Below are positions 24,070 through 33,719 of a DNA stretch of 59,856 nt, piece after piece; positions within the stretch are counted from its first letter, which is position 1; every line of letters starts with the position of its first letter. A program made the position numbers and the translations under genes. The stretch covers positions 1 through 59,856 of the forward strand of contig DYFY01000006.1 of NCBI GenBank assembly GCA_020724955.1, written 5' to 3'. The DNA comes from Candidatus Parvarchaeum sp. Its GTDB lineage: Archaea; Nanobdellota; Nanobdellia; Pacearchaeales; GW2011-AR1. Below the pieces are notes generated by a model. That model saw only the letters and a list, made by a program, of their open reading frames with translations, was not told the DNA's origin and searched no databases.

Positions 24070-25494
24070 ATGGCTGGAATAGAAATAAAAAAAATTTCGA
24101 AAAATATCTGGGAAATACCTCAACACGGAAAAATGATTGTTCCTGGAAGAATTTTTGCGTCTGAGAATTTAGTTGGAAAAATAAAAAAAGACGAAACTAT
24201 CAAGCAGATTTGCAATGTTGCAAGCCTTCCGGGAATTGTAAAATATTCAATCGCGCTCCCGGATGCGCATATGGGGTATGGATTCAGCGTTGGGGGTGTT
24301 GCGGCGTTTGACATAGATAAGGGCATTATCTCTCCGGGAGGAATCGGATTTGATATCAACTGCGGAGTTAGGCTTTTGTCGTCAAATTTAAGCAAAAATG
24401 AGTTTTTGAAAAAAAGAAAAGAAACGGCAATAAAGATAAGGAAAGATATTCCCTCTGGAGTGGGGAGAGCGGGATATTTTAGACTCAGTGAAAAGGAAAT
24501 CAAAGAAATACTAAAAGATGGAGTGAACTGGGCTATCAGGAACGGATATGGTGAGAAAGAGGATGCTGAAAATTGCGAAGATGGAGGATGTCTTTTAGGA
24601 GCAGAGCCAGACAAAGTTTCAGCGAGAGCTGTTGGAAGAGGAAGAAATCAGCTTGGAACTATCGGCGCAGGAAATCACTTTCTCGAAATACAGGAAGTTG
24701 AAGAAATAATTGATGAGAAGGCGGCTGAAGCTTTTGGAATAAAAAAAGGAAAAATATGCGTGCTCATACATTCCGGCTCAAGAGGGCTTGGGCATCAGAC
24801 TTGTTCGGATTATATCGTTAAAATGGAAGAAAAATACGGGCATTCCCATCTTGCTGACAGGCAGCTTGCTTACGCTCCCATTAAGAGCAGGCTCGGTGAG
24901 GATTATATTGGAGCGATGAAGTCTGCGGCAAACTTTGCATTCTGCAACAGGCAACTTATATCCCATCTTGTTAGAGAAGCTTTTAAAAAATATTTTCCTG
25001 CATCCGAACTTAAACTAGTTTATGATGTTGCACATAATATAGCAAAACAGGAGGAGTTTGAAATCGATGGGAAAAAAAGGAAACTCTATGTCCACAGAAA
25101 AGGAGCCACCAGAAGCTTTGGAAAAGGAAACAAAGCCATACCAAAAAAATACAGAAATATAGGCCAGCCAATTTTTATTCCTGGAAGCATGGGAACTGCT
25201 TCTTATGTTCTAGCCGGGCAGAATAAAGCAGGAAAAATCTCATTCTCCTCTGCTCCGCATGGAGCTGGAAGGGAGCTTAGCAGAAGCTATGCAGTCAAAA
25301 ATATTTCTGCACAGAAAATAAAGGAGCAATTAAAGAAAAAAGATATTCTGATTGAAGCAGGCTCTGTAAAAGGAATCGCCGAGGAGGCTCCAGAGGCATA
25401 TAAAGATGTTGAAGAAGTTGTCAGAGTGTCGCATGAACTCGGAATAGCAAAAAAAGTTGCAAAGCTGAAGCCTCTGGCTGTAATCAAAGGATAA
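24070..25494 (+). CDS. rtcB: RNA 3'-phosphate/tRNA-splicing ligase RtcB
   Basis: GGIGFDINCGVR, GAGNHF, HSGSRGLGHQ, PGSMG, APHGAGR. Confidence 0.95.
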   Translation: MAGIEIKKISKNIWEIPQHGKMIVPGRIFASENLVGKIKKDETIKQICNVASLPGIVKYSIALPDAHMGYGFSVGGVAAFDIDKGIISPGGIGFDINCGVRLLSSNLSKNEFLKKRKETAIKIRKDIPSGVGRAGYFRLSEKEIKEILKDGVNWAIRNGYGEKEDAENCEDGGCLLGAEPDKVSARAVGRGRNQLGTIGAGNHFLEIQEVEEIIDEKAAEAFGIKKGKICVLIHSGSRGLGHQTCSDYIVKMEEKYGHSHLADRQLAYAPIKSRLGEDYIGAMKSAANFAFCNRQLISHLVREAFKKYFPASELKLVYDVAHNIAKQEEFEIDGKKRKLYVHRKGATRSFGKGNKAIPKKYRNIGQPIFIPGSMGTASYVLAGQNKAGKISFSSAPHGAGRELSRSYAVKNISAQKIKEQLKKKDILIEAGSVKGIAEEAPEAYKDVEEVVRVSHELGIAKKVAKLKPLAVIKG

Positions 25495-25551
25495 TTGTTT
25501 TATTGAGGGAAACGCAAGATTTATTAAAAGACTTGGATTTAGGATTTCAAG

Positions 25552-26190
25552 ATGTTAAGAATATTAAAAAGCTTTTCAAAGAGGATATTATCCGGACTTT
25601 TTAGGAAAAAGGACAGCGTTAAGATAGGATTTTACGGGCCTCCGAACGCAGGGAAAACAAGCCTGGCCAACATAATCTGCAGAGACTGGACAGGAGAAGA
25701 GATAGGAACTGTCAGCGACATTCCTCATGAGACAAGAAAAGTGCAGTTTAAAGAAAAGGTTGAGATAAAGCACAAAGGCAAGACTCTTACTTTTAAAATA
25801 GTTGATACTCCTGGAATTGCCACCAAAATTGATTATGAAGACTTTCTTAAATACAAGCTGAAAAAATCAGAGGCGAAAAAGAGAGCCAAGGAAGCCACAC
25901 AAGGGATAATTGAAAGCATAAAATGGCTTGATGATATGGATGCTGTAGTCATTGTCTTGGACGCTTCGCAGAACCCTTATTCACAAGTGAATGTGACTAT
26001 CGTAGGCAATCTTGTAGCCAGAAAAATTCCTGTCCTGATTGTGGCGAACAAAATTGACTTGAAAAAGGCGGATGTGAAAAAAGTGGAAAGCGCTTTTCCA
26101 GACTATGAAGTCGTCGGAATATCTGCGAGAAAAGAAAAAAACATGGAAGAATTTTACGAGTCTTTATTTAGACTTGCTAAAAAAATTTAG
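25552..26190 (+). CDS. small GTP-binding protein
   Basis: G1 GPPNAGKTS, G3 DTPG, G4 NKID, G5 SAR. Confidence 0.8.
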   Translation: MLRILKSFSKRILSGLFRKKDSVKIGFYGPPNAGKTSLANIICRDWTGEEIGTVSDIPHETRKVQFKEKVEIKHKGKTLTFKIVDTPGIATKIDYEDFLKYKLKKSEAKKRAKEATQGIIESIKWLDDMDAVVIVLDASQNPYSQVNVTIVGNLVARKIPVLIVANKIDLKKADVKKVESAFPDYEVVGISARKEKNMEEFYESLFRLAKKI

Positions 26191-26224
26191 TTAAATTTAA
26201 AACTATTGAAATATAATAAGAAAG

Positions 26225-26626
26225 ATGACTAAAAAAGCTGGTGGAAAAAGAATTAGAGGGTTCAGCCTTCATATAATGCCTTATTCTGAGATCAGGGCGC
26301 TGTCCATAAATGACAGGATAAAAAAAATTCTAAGAGTTGTTTTAGGAAACAAAGTGATAATTTTGCAGGGGAGACTGAGAGTTGAAGAAGAGATAAGGCT
26401 GATTGAGGACACTATGGCTATGGTTGACCATGTCAAAAATTTCAAGGGTGTTGAGCTTGCTGTTATAGAACCTGATATGAAAAACCCAGGGTTCATGACG
26501 AAAATAAGGAAAGGAATTGCGAAATCCCTTATCGGGCATAATAACGCCCTGACTGTTATAGGCCCTGCGTCAATAGTCAAAGATATTAAGAAAGACCCTA
26601 GCAAGCTCGAGGTTCTACTTGGATAA
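26225..26626 (+). CDS. conserved archaeal protein, possibly DUF2073-like partner of the preceding GTPase
   Basis: 133 aa. The assignment rests on gene order (GTPase, this ORF, Zn-ribbon protein) recalled from other archaea, not on a motif. Confidence 0.4.
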   Translation: MTKKAGGKRIRGFSLHIMPYSEIRALSINDRIKKILRVVLGNKVIILQGRLRVEEEIRLIEDTMAMVDHVKNFKGVELAVIEPDMKNPGFMTKIRKGIAKSLIGHNNALTVIGPASIVKDIKKDPSKLEVLLG

Positions 26627-26992
26627 ATTTATTACGTCGAAACCAAATTTTTCATAAGTTTTATCAGAACTTATTATGGTATTCTCACCGGCAAATGCCA
26701 TTAATAACGCATCGAATATGCTCGCTCCTTTTTCAATGTAATCAGCGGCTTGGAAAAATAAATCCCAATGCATAAATGCAATTGCTGCAATTCTTGACAT
26801 CTGAATAAGGGTTTCTTTTAACAGAATGCCCTCCCTAATGCAAACAACCATCACTTCAACAATAGTGAAAGGAGTTACATAAATTCCTCCCTTGTTTTCT
26901 TCATAAATTTTTTTTGCTTTTTCCTTCAGCCAGTCAGAATCTTTCAGCAAGGCAAGAAAAAAATCAGTGTCTGCGTATTTTTTTGAGGGCAT
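26615..26992 (-). CDS. vapC: PIN-domain toxin VapC
   Basis: 125 aa. N-terminal acidic DTDFFLALL and later conserved acidic positions. Paired with the upstream AbrB-type gene. Confidence 0.7.
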   Translation of the reverse strand: MPSKKYADTDFFLALLKDSDWLKEKAKKIYEENKGGIYVTPFTIVEVMVVCIREGILLKETLIQMSRIAAIAFMHWDLFFQAADYIEKGASIFDALLMAFAGENTIISSDKTYEKFGFDVINLSK

Positions 26993-27221
26993 TTTTTTCT
27001 ATCTCCTTTCTGGCTCTGTCTTTCAATTCACGAACAGATTTCCCAGAGAGTTTTTTTCTGCCGAGCTTTCCGAGAGCTTCTATTGGGTCATCCTCTATCG
27101 GCTCTATAAATATTCCATTGCCAAAAGTTCTTAGGACCAAGGTCTTAAACTGAAGGGCTTTTCTAACTTCTTCAGGAATATACAATCTTCCCTGTTTGTC
27201 AAAAGATATTATTTTTACCAT
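26964..27221 (-). CDS. vapB: AbrB/SpoVT-fold antitoxin VapB
   Basis: MVKIISFDKQGRLYIPEEVRKAL. Overlaps vapC by 29 nt. Confidence 0.75.
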   Translation of the reverse strand: MVKIISFDKQGRLYIPEEVRKALQFKTLVLRTFGNGIFIEPIEDDPIEALGKLGRKKLSGKSVRELKDRARKEIEKNALKKIRRH

Positions 27222-27394
27222 TAACTAAAGATATTTCCATTATTTATAAATTTTTCCATATTATCAATCAGTCTTTAACAAAAGCTTCTATTCTGATTAA
27301 AGTTGTCAGGTTTCATTATCTTTATTTTTATTTCCTATCTATCGGAGATACTCTAGAACAGAAAAGCTTAAAATCGGTCTGGGGGTTTAAGTGC

Positions 27395-27700
27395 ATGCCG
27401 GGTTGCGAAGAAGAAGACCACACAAAGAGAGTTTTATTAAGCGCTTTGGTGTCCCAGTTGCTTCACCAAAGAGAATTCCACAGGCTTGATGGTTTAGCTT
27501 TTTCAGATGTTCTTTATAGAAGCCTCTTGGACGATAACAAAGAAGGAGCCAGGCTTCCTGAAAGTTTAGATAATCCTGGAAAAATTTTGGAGGTTTTAGA
27601 AAAACTAGAAAGGGAGGGAGTGATTTCAAGAAGAGAAAGTAGTTATGTAATTACTCCGCTGGCTAAAAAATATATCGGAAAAGCTGTCTACACTGACTAA
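27395..27700 (+). CDS. hypothetical protein with C-terminal winged-helix-like segment
   Basis: ILEVLEKLEREGVISRRESSYVITPLAKKYI. The antisense ORF 27387..27629 is judged a shadow. Confidence 0.45.
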   Translation: MPGCEEEDHTKRVLLSALVSQLLHQREFHRLDGLAFSDVLYRSLLDDNKEGARLPESLDNPGKILEVLEKLEREGVISRRESSYVITPLAKKYIGKAVYTD

Positions 27701-27726
27701 ATCTTTATTAAGTTTGATTTGGTTTC

Positions 27727-28122
27727 ATGAGCATGCCTCATCAATGCATTCATTGCGGAAAAAATTATCCTGACGGAGCCGAGCAGATTCTTAAGGGGTG
27801 TGATTGTGGAGGGAGATTTTTCTTTTATCTCACCGAAGAAAAACTGAAAAAGCTTCAAGAAAATCAGAATACCGATCAGCCTGAACTTGAAATTGACTTA
27901 AGCCCTGGGGAAAAAGAACAGATTGAAAGAGATGTGAGGGATATAGCTCAGATAAAGGATGATGAAGCTCCAGTAGTGCTTGATTTTGAAAGCATTAATG
28001 TCCTGAAACCCGGAAAATACCTGATTAATCTTCAGAAACTTTTTAAGGGGGAAAAGCCGGTTATATACAGACTTGAAGACGGAAAATACATTATAGACCT
28101 TGCTTCCCTGAAAAAAGATTGA
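27727..28122 (+). CDS. Zn-ribbon protein (DUF2072-like)
   Basis: CIHCGKNYPDGAEQILKGCDCGG contains a CxxC..CxC knuckle pair and is followed by an acidic linker. Confidence 0.6.
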   Translation: MSMPHQCIHCGKNYPDGAEQILKGCDCGGRFFFYLTEEKLKKLQENQNTDQPELEIDLSPGEKEQIERDVRDIAQIKDDEAPVVLDFESINVLKPGKYLINLQKLFKGEKPVIYRLEDGKYIIDLASLKKD

Positions 28123-28210
28123 TTTTTTATTTGAAAGCGATTGGCAACAGAGTATTGTGAAATGTTTGCGTCAAGCTGAACTTTAAATATGCTTGATTCT
28201 TATTTTTTCC

Positions 28211-29518
28211 ATGAATCTAGCGCAGATAAAGAAAAAAGAGCTGGAGAGAATAAAGCCTGATGACATCTCGGTAAAAAACATAAAGAAAATTGTTGAGGGT
28301 TTTTCCGAGGAGCTGAAAAAGCAGCTAATGGCTCAGGGGCATGAGCCGCAGATTTTTGTAGGCGGAAGCTTCGCCAAGGGAACACTGATTAAAAAAGACA
28401 AATATGATGTTGATTTATTTGTAAGATTTGACTGGAGATATGACAACATTTCCGAGGCACTTGAAAAAGCGCTGAAAAAAGTTTGCATGAAGCTCAAAAT
28501 CGGATATGAGAAAATTCATGGAAGCAGGGATTATTTCAGGGTTTATAGTGGAGAAAATTTCTACATAGAGGTTGTGCCTGTGGCTAAGATAAGCAGACCG
28601 CAGGGGGCAAGGAACGTCACTGATTTGAGCTACTTCCACGTTGCTTATGTTAAAAGAAAAATAAAGGGGCTTGAAAATGAAGCGATAATAGCAAAGAGAT
28701 TTTTGCAGGCGCAGAAAGTTTACGGGGCTGAAAGCTATGTGCACGGATTTTCAGGCTATGCTGTTGAATGCCTGATAGTATATTACAAAAAATTTGAAAA
28801 AATGCTCAGTTCCTTGGCTAAAGCAAAGCCGGAAAAAAGGCTTGTGATTGATCTGGAAAAGCATTACAAAAAAAATGAAGTTTTTTTTGACATGAATGAA
28901 AGCAAGCTCCACAGCCCTGTGATATTGGTTGACCCGACATTTAAAGAAAGAAACGCGCTCGCGTCTTTGAGCCATGAAACATTTGAAAGATTTCAAAAAG
29001 CCGCGCGGGCTTTTTTAAAAAAGCCAAGCCTGAAATTTTTCGCTGATAGGGAAATTGACACTGAAGCGCTGAATAAAAAAGCCAAAAAAATCAAAGGAGA
29101 GTTTGTCAAGCTGAAGATTTCCACTGACAGGCAGGAGGGGGACATTGCTGGAACTAAGCTGAGAAAATTCCACTATTTTATGATGGGAGAAATGAAAAAA
29201 TATTTTAAAATAATCAGCGAAGAGTTTGAATATTCAGGGAAAAAGTCAGCCTATGTATTTCTTGTTGTAAAATCGCTTGGGGAAATTGAAAGAATTGGGC
29301 CTCCTTTGAAGTATAACGGAAAAAAAGAAAAAAAATTTATGGAAAAGCATATTGAGGCTTTCAGGGAACAGCATAAAAATGCTTACGAAAAATCAGGATA
29401 TCTGCGCGCCAAGATAAAGGTGGATTTCACAGCGCGTGAATTTCTGGAAGACTGGGCGAAAAAGAATAAAGCCAAGATGAATGAGATGGGCGTTGTCGGG
29501 ATGAGGGTTTTGAGTTAA
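28211..29518 (+). CDS. cca: CCA-adding tRNA nucleotidyltransferase (archaeal class I)
   Basis: VGGSFAKGTLIKKDKYDVDLFVRF is the NTase motif, and the ~435-aa length is typical. The ATG at 28211 is preferred to the TTG at 28193. Confidence 0.85.
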   Translation: MNLAQIKKKELERIKPDDISVKNIKKIVEGFSEELKKQLMAQGHEPQIFVGGSFAKGTLIKKDKYDVDLFVRFDWRYDNISEALEKALKKVCMKLKIGYEKIHGSRDYFRVYSGENFYIEVVPVAKISRPQGARNVTDLSYFHVAYVKRKIKGLENEAIIAKRFLQAQKVYGAESYVHGFSGYAVECLIVYYKKFEKMLSSLAKAKPEKRLVIDLEKHYKKNEVFFDMNESKLHSPVILVDPTFKERNALASLSHETFERFQKAARAFLKKPSLKFFADREIDTEALNKKAKKIKGEFVKLKISTDRQEGDIAGTKLRKFHYFMMGEMKKYFKIISEEFEYSGKKSAYVFLVVKSLGEIERIGPPLKYNGKKEKKFMEKHIEAFREQHKNAYEKSGYLRAKIKVDFTAREFLEDWAKKNKAKMNEMGVVGMRVLS

Positions 29519-29835
29519 GAGTTTTTAATTATTTTATCCAGCTCGTGTGTATTATAAACTTCAACCTTATCCTGTGGTTTAAGTTTTTTATCGTTGCTCC
29601 AGATTGCACAATTTAATTTAAGTGCAAGTGCAAAATATGCCATATCATCCGGGTCTGGAGTTATTTCTTCTGCTTTTTCAGTTTTGTTAAGAAGCTCTTT
29701 TTTGTGCTTTTCAAGCTCTGTGAAAATATATTCTGGAGTGAAGAGATGGAGATTTTCATTAAAGAATAAATTGTGAGAGAAGCCTTCTTTGATTAAGGCT
29801 GAGAATAGGACATTGGCATCAACAACTAAATCCAT
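29515..29835 (-). CDS. short PIN-domain toxin
   Basis: MDLVVDANVLFSALIK.., FALALKLNCAIWSNDKKL. Confidence 0.65.
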   Translation of the reverse strand: MDLVVDANVLFSALIKEGFSHNLFFNENLHLFTPEYIFTELEKHKKELLNKTEKAEEITPDPDDMAYFALALKLNCAIWSNDKKLKPQDKVEVYNTHELDKIIKNS

Positions 29836-29838
29836 GCC

Positions 29839-30069
29839 TTACCTCGCCATTTTTCGTAATCTGTCGCTTACAGACTTACTAACCTTTTTCCCTAATTTTA
29901 GAGCATCGTCTTCAGTAAGTTTGCTTTTTTCTTTAAATTTTCTGAGAAATTCCATATCTTCAATCTTCTGCCTGAAAGCCTGCCTGGCTACTTCAGACCA
30001 ATTCATTTCTGGAAAAAAGTCCATTTTCCTTTTCATCTCGTCTGGAACAGATAATGTTAAGGTTGTCAT
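29839..30069 (-). CDS. ribbon-helix-helix antitoxin
   Basis: TLTLSVPDEMKRKMD (beta strand plus helix). Lies 3 nt upstream of the PIN gene. Confidence 0.65.
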   Translation of the reverse strand: MTTLTLSVPDEMKRKMDFFPEMNWSEVARQAFRQKIEDMEFLRKFKEKSKLTEDDALKLGKKVSKSVSDRLRKMAR

Positions 30070-30171
30070 TTTAATAATATGTGTATTTATTTATATTATG
30101 TGTAAATATATAAATGTTTCGTTTAGGTAGAAAATAACCCAATGGACTGAGTGGAGATTATCCAGTTGGAG

Positions 30172-30600
30172 TTAGAAAGGAAGTTTATCTTTTGTGTATT
30201 CTTCTAATCCTTGTGCTGGTCTTCCATATTTTAGAATGTGCCTTTCATTTTCCGCTGTTTTGCGAATCCTATATATATTTGAATTCCTTTTCAGGTAGAT
30301 GTCTAAACCGGCAACAGCGACCGCAATACATGCAGTTTCACCTATAAGAAAAGTATAAGGCAAAGTATTGTTTTGGGATAAAGCTGATGCCAAAACTTGT
30401 GGAAACCATATACCAATAGCTCCTAAAAGTCCTAAGCTAGTTAAAACATTGCTGTTTCTGGGATCACTCTCTCCTAATTTTGTGGCTATATATCTCCTTT
30501 GCTCCCTATCGTATTCTCCGAGATCCCTCAAATCTCTGATTAATTCCTTGTATAATTGGTGTTGCTTTCTTGATCTACTTATTTTCATTTTCCAAATCAA
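30172..30600 (-). CDS. membrane protein, hypothetical (2 TM)
   Basis: 142 aa. Overlaps the stop of the TrmB gene (ATGA-type coupling). Confidence 0.55.
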   Translation of the reverse strand: MIWKMKISRSRKQHQLYKELIRDLRDLGEYDREQRRYIATKLGESDPRNSNVLTSLGLLGAIGIWFPQVLASALSQNNTLPYTFLIGETACIAVAVAGLDIYLKRNSNIYRIRKTAENERHILKYGRPAQGLEEYTKDKLPF

Positions 30601-31376
30601 TTAGTCTTCAGATGCAAATCGTATATTCCTGCCAAAGAAGTTGAAAAGAACGGCGTGTTAAGCCAGATAGCAATGTCTTCCTGGCTGTTTTCCGGGTTTA
30701 TCATGAAGAGAACTTCTTTTTTGTCGGCGAGGTAAACTCTTCCCGGATGCTCGGAATGCCTTGCCTTCAAGCCATGCTTCTGATTCAGCCTTTTCACTTT
30801 TTCTGCTTCTCCTGCAAGAGCTATTTTTACTTTTATGTCTCTTTTGTTTAAAGATTCTATGGCTGGAAGCAACACACGGGTTTTGTCTTCAAAGTCTGAA
30901 ACAGTTGTGTAAATCGAAACTTCTTTTTCTGCCCTGTCGAATATTTCTTTCAGCTTAGGCAGAATGTTGGAACGCCCTTTCAAAAAACCAGATATTTCTT
31001 CTGTTTTTATAGGAGATATCCCTGTCTTGTAAAGCTGTTCAAGCTCTGTATATTCCGGAGAATCCCTCATATTTACAAGAGTCTTCACTTTTTCTTCAGC
31101 CTGATGGAAGACGTTGGATTTCATTTTTTCTATAACTGTTTTAGGCTCAACTGCTATGTACTTTATCGGCTTTCCGACTTTGATTATTGCAAATCCTCTC
31201 TTGGCCAAAGACTCTAAAACGTCGTAAGTTCTTGAACGAGGAACGCCTGAAAGCTCTGCGGTCTCTCCTGCCGATACAACTCCTTTGGAAAGCAAAGCCA
31301 GCCAGACTTTTGTCTCATAAATATTTAGGTCAAAATAATCTTTGACTTTCTTCACAAGTGCGTTGTTTATTATCAT
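30597..31376 (-). CDS. TrmB-family transcriptional regulator
   Basis: YETKVWLALLSKGVVSAGETAELSGVPRSRTYDVLESLAKRGF. Confidence 0.85.
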   Translation of the reverse strand: MIINNALVKKVKDYFDLNIYETKVWLALLSKGVVSAGETAELSGVPRSRTYDVLESLAKRGFAIIKVGKPIKYIAVEPKTVIEKMKSNVFHQAEEKVKTLVNMRDSPEYTELEQLYKTGISPIKTEEISGFLKGRSNILPKLKEIFDRAEKEVSIYTTVSDFEDKTRVLLPAIESLNKRDIKVKIALAGEAEKVKRLNQKHGLKARHSEHPGRVYLADKKEVLFMINPENSQEDIAIWLNTPFFSTSLAGIYDLHLKTN

Positions 31377-31945
31377 TTTGATTCCTCGTATTCTTTGTTA
31401 ATTTTGATCAACCTAGGTACTGCCCAACCCGCAGAAGCCAAAAGGCCAGAAAAAAATGTCAATAAAGAGGCTGTACTATAAGAACTTATAGAATCTCTTA
31501 ATCTTTTTAGCTCGCTTTCATAAGCAGTTAATTGAGGATTGGCTTTCATCTCTGAAACATCGCTTTCAACAATCGCGATGGCCCTATTGAGCCCAGTATT
31601 TATTCTATTAGATAACTCATAAATTCCAAAAATCTCTCTGCCGAGCTCTTCTTTCTTATAAGGAAAGTCAGGGCTTACTATACTTGCCAATGTGTTTCTG
31701 TTGGAATGTAAAATTTTTAATGTTTCTTCTGCATTAGAAATAGTTTCAACAAGAGTATCATAATTAGCTGGTTTTTCTGGTGTCTTATTCGCAAGGCGTG
31801 GGATGAGTGCAACTCCTCCTCCAATTACAAAACTACCAACAGCACCTAGCATGAATTTTCCATACACTCTTCTAATGTTTCTAATATACTTTCTCTGTTG
31901 GGCCAAGTCTTCCTGACTTATTTCTTCTTCTGGTTTTGTTTCCAT
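31373..31945 (-). CDS. membrane protein, hypothetical (2 TM flanking a helical domain)
   Basis: 190 aa. First gene of a three-gene overlapping operon. Confidence 0.55.
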   Translation of the reverse strand: METKPEEEISQEDLAQQRKYIRNIRRVYGKFMLGAVGSFVIGGGVALIPRLANKTPEKPANYDTLVETISNAEETLKILHSNRNTLASIVSPDFPYKKEELGREIFGIYELSNRINTGLNRAIAIVESDVSEMKANPQLTAYESELKRLRDSISSYSTASLLTFFSGLLASAGWAVPRLIKINKEYEESK

Positions 31946-32049
31946 GTACTAGTGAGAAATATCTGTGTTTATAAATCTTTCGGTATGTTGTAACTTGAAA
32001 GTAACAGGTTTAGGGAAAGGTTTAAATATTGGTTTTGAGGGGAAGAGAT

Positions 32050-32745
32050 ATGACAACTTTGGTAGGTTTTGTTGCTGGTGAAGGAAAGGACAGGGGCGTA
32101 ATACTAGCATCTGATTTGACTAGTACTGCTGAGTCTTGGGAAAGACAAGGAGATGTAGCTGTGAGAAGACAAAGTCAGAGAGAGAGTCAGAAGATTCATG
32201 TAAGTCAAGATAACATGTTTGCTGTGTCTATGACTGGTGTAAGAGATGAAAAATATCAAGAGTTTTTGTATGATTTGCTAAGGGGGGAGATTAGTGCCGA
32301 AAAAGCTATTGGTGAAGGCTTCTTTGAAGATCTTTTAAAACTAAATTTAGGAAGATTTGAAGGAAGACTGTGGCATAATGAATATTGTAACTCTTTGTTA
32401 ATAGTCTCTAGATATGATGGGCGACCAAAAATCCATAGCGTTTGGCCCCTTGGGAGAGTTGAGGAAAAGGAAGGTTTTACCTCCGTAGGGAGTGGGAGTG
32501 GTGAAGCCCTTTCATATTTGTCTAAGGCAATGATGGATAGGCTATCTCACAGACAGGTAACCATAGGTGAAGGAGTAAAATATGTTGCAGGTTCTCTTGA
32601 ATCCGCCTCTGCTGACCCTTATACTAAGGGATTGGATATGGTTATTCTCACTGGAGATAAAACATACGAATTTGGAGAACAAATCAGACGGGGTTTGGCG
32701 AGAGCTAAAGTTAAAACTGTGGAAGAAATTGCTGAAAAGTTTTAG
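32050..32745 (+). CDS. stand-alone proteasome-beta/HslV-like Ntn hydrolase
   Basis: MTTLVGFVAGEGKDRGVILASD..QKIHV..SVGSGSG keeps Thr1, Asp17 and Lys33 equivalents and the GSG loop. The ATG at 32050 sits 25 nt after TATA TTTAAATATT; the track start at 32029 is TTG. Confidence 0.6.
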   Translation: MTTLVGFVAGEGKDRGVILASDLTSTAESWERQGDVAVRRQSQRESQKIHVSQDNMFAVSMTGVRDEKYQEFLYDLLRGEISAEKAIGEGFFEDLLKLNLGRFEGRLWHNEYCNSLLIVSRYDGRPKIHSVWPLGRVEEKEGFTSVGSGSGEALSYLSKAMMDRLSHRQVTIGEGVKYVAGSLESASADPYTKGLDMVILTGDKTYEFGEQIRRGLARAKVKTVEEIAEKF

Positions 32746-33659
32746 AGCAATAAATAAACAATTCCGAGAGCAACCAAACATCCTGCTGTTATAAATGGCA
32801 TTGCAGGGTATGCTTTGCCTTTTTCTGAACGCAGGAAGAGAAGAGCCAGGGCAATTGATGCTCCTGCTGCTATTATTAATGAGCCAAAAATTCCGTATAT
32901 TGGCAGAACTACACCGGCAAGAATTATAGGAAATACAACATCTCCTCCGCCAAGTATAGCTACGTTTACAGCAACTTTTTTGCCTTTGACTTTTTTTCCT
33001 TTTTTTTGCAGGGCTTTTGCTTTTTTCAAAGCAATTCTGTCTTTTTTATTTAGATATGGAACAAAAAAACCTGAAAATACTCTGACTTTTTCTATCTGAT
33101 ATTTTGCCATTTTTTGCATGAATCCGGCATGCCAGACAGCATACATGTCATAAGCTGAAATCACTAAAAGCAGGGCAACGGTAGCCCATATGTTAAGCAG
33201 AGGTATAAAAACAGTAGCTATGCCTGGATAAATTAGAATCTCTGTAAAATTATGAGCTATGATATCTCTCTTGAAGATTTTCAGAATCGCAAGAGGAATC
33301 GCAATTGCCAGCGCAATCCATGACGAATATTGGAAGTCTATTAAAAAAGCATTTATAGCTATCGCCAGCCCTATAATCACTACTACAAAAAACCAAAGCC
33401 TCAAAAACGTTTCAGCCTTTAATTTCATAAGCAACAACATCAGACTGACGGCGATTGCCAAAGCGATTACAATAGAAAAAGTAGTTGTCTGAGGAGATAT
33501 ATCCTGCGGAGGCTCAAACCCATACGGAATATTGTATATTGTTTGATTAGTTCCTGGAACAATATCCGGCTGATAAGCATTTGCGACGTAAATTCCGATT
33601 AGCTGGGCTACGACAAACATCAAGACAAGGATAGCTGTAATTTTTTTCGAGTGTTTCAT
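32742..33659 (-). CDS. presenilin/signal-peptide-peptidase-like intramembrane aspartyl protease (A22 family)
   Basis: Polytopic, 305 aa. YD motif (ISAYDMYAVW), GxGD motif (ILGGGDVVFP) and a PAL-like YPAMPF. Confidence 0.7.
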   Translation of the reverse strand: MKHSKKITAILVLMFVVAQLIGIYVANAYQPDIVPGTNQTIYNIPYGFEPPQDISPQTTTFSIVIALAIAVSLMLLLMKLKAETFLRLWFFVVVIIGLAIAINAFLIDFQYSSWIALAIAIPLAILKIFKRDIIAHNFTEILIYPGIATVFIPLLNIWATVALLLVISAYDMYAVWHAGFMQKMAKYQIEKVRVFSGFFVPYLNKKDRIALKKAKALQKKGKKVKGKKVAVNVAILGGGDVVFPIILAGVVLPIYGIFGSLIIAAGASIALALLFLRSEKGKAYPAMPFITAGCLVALGIVYLLL

Positions 33660-33719
33660 TGCTCACCTGTTTTTCAAAACGCTGTCGGATTGTGCAGGAA
33701 AACAAAGCTTTTAAGTTTA

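Noticed and set aside
32742-33659. Considered the missing prepilin peptidase (PibD/FlaK, A24 family) for the pilus locus
   Set aside because: The motif set YD ... GxGD ... PAL-like and the ~9-TM, 305-aa layout fit presenilin/SPP-type A22 proteases better. The A24 enzymes carry a different pair of Asp motifs. Only a profile search can settle this.
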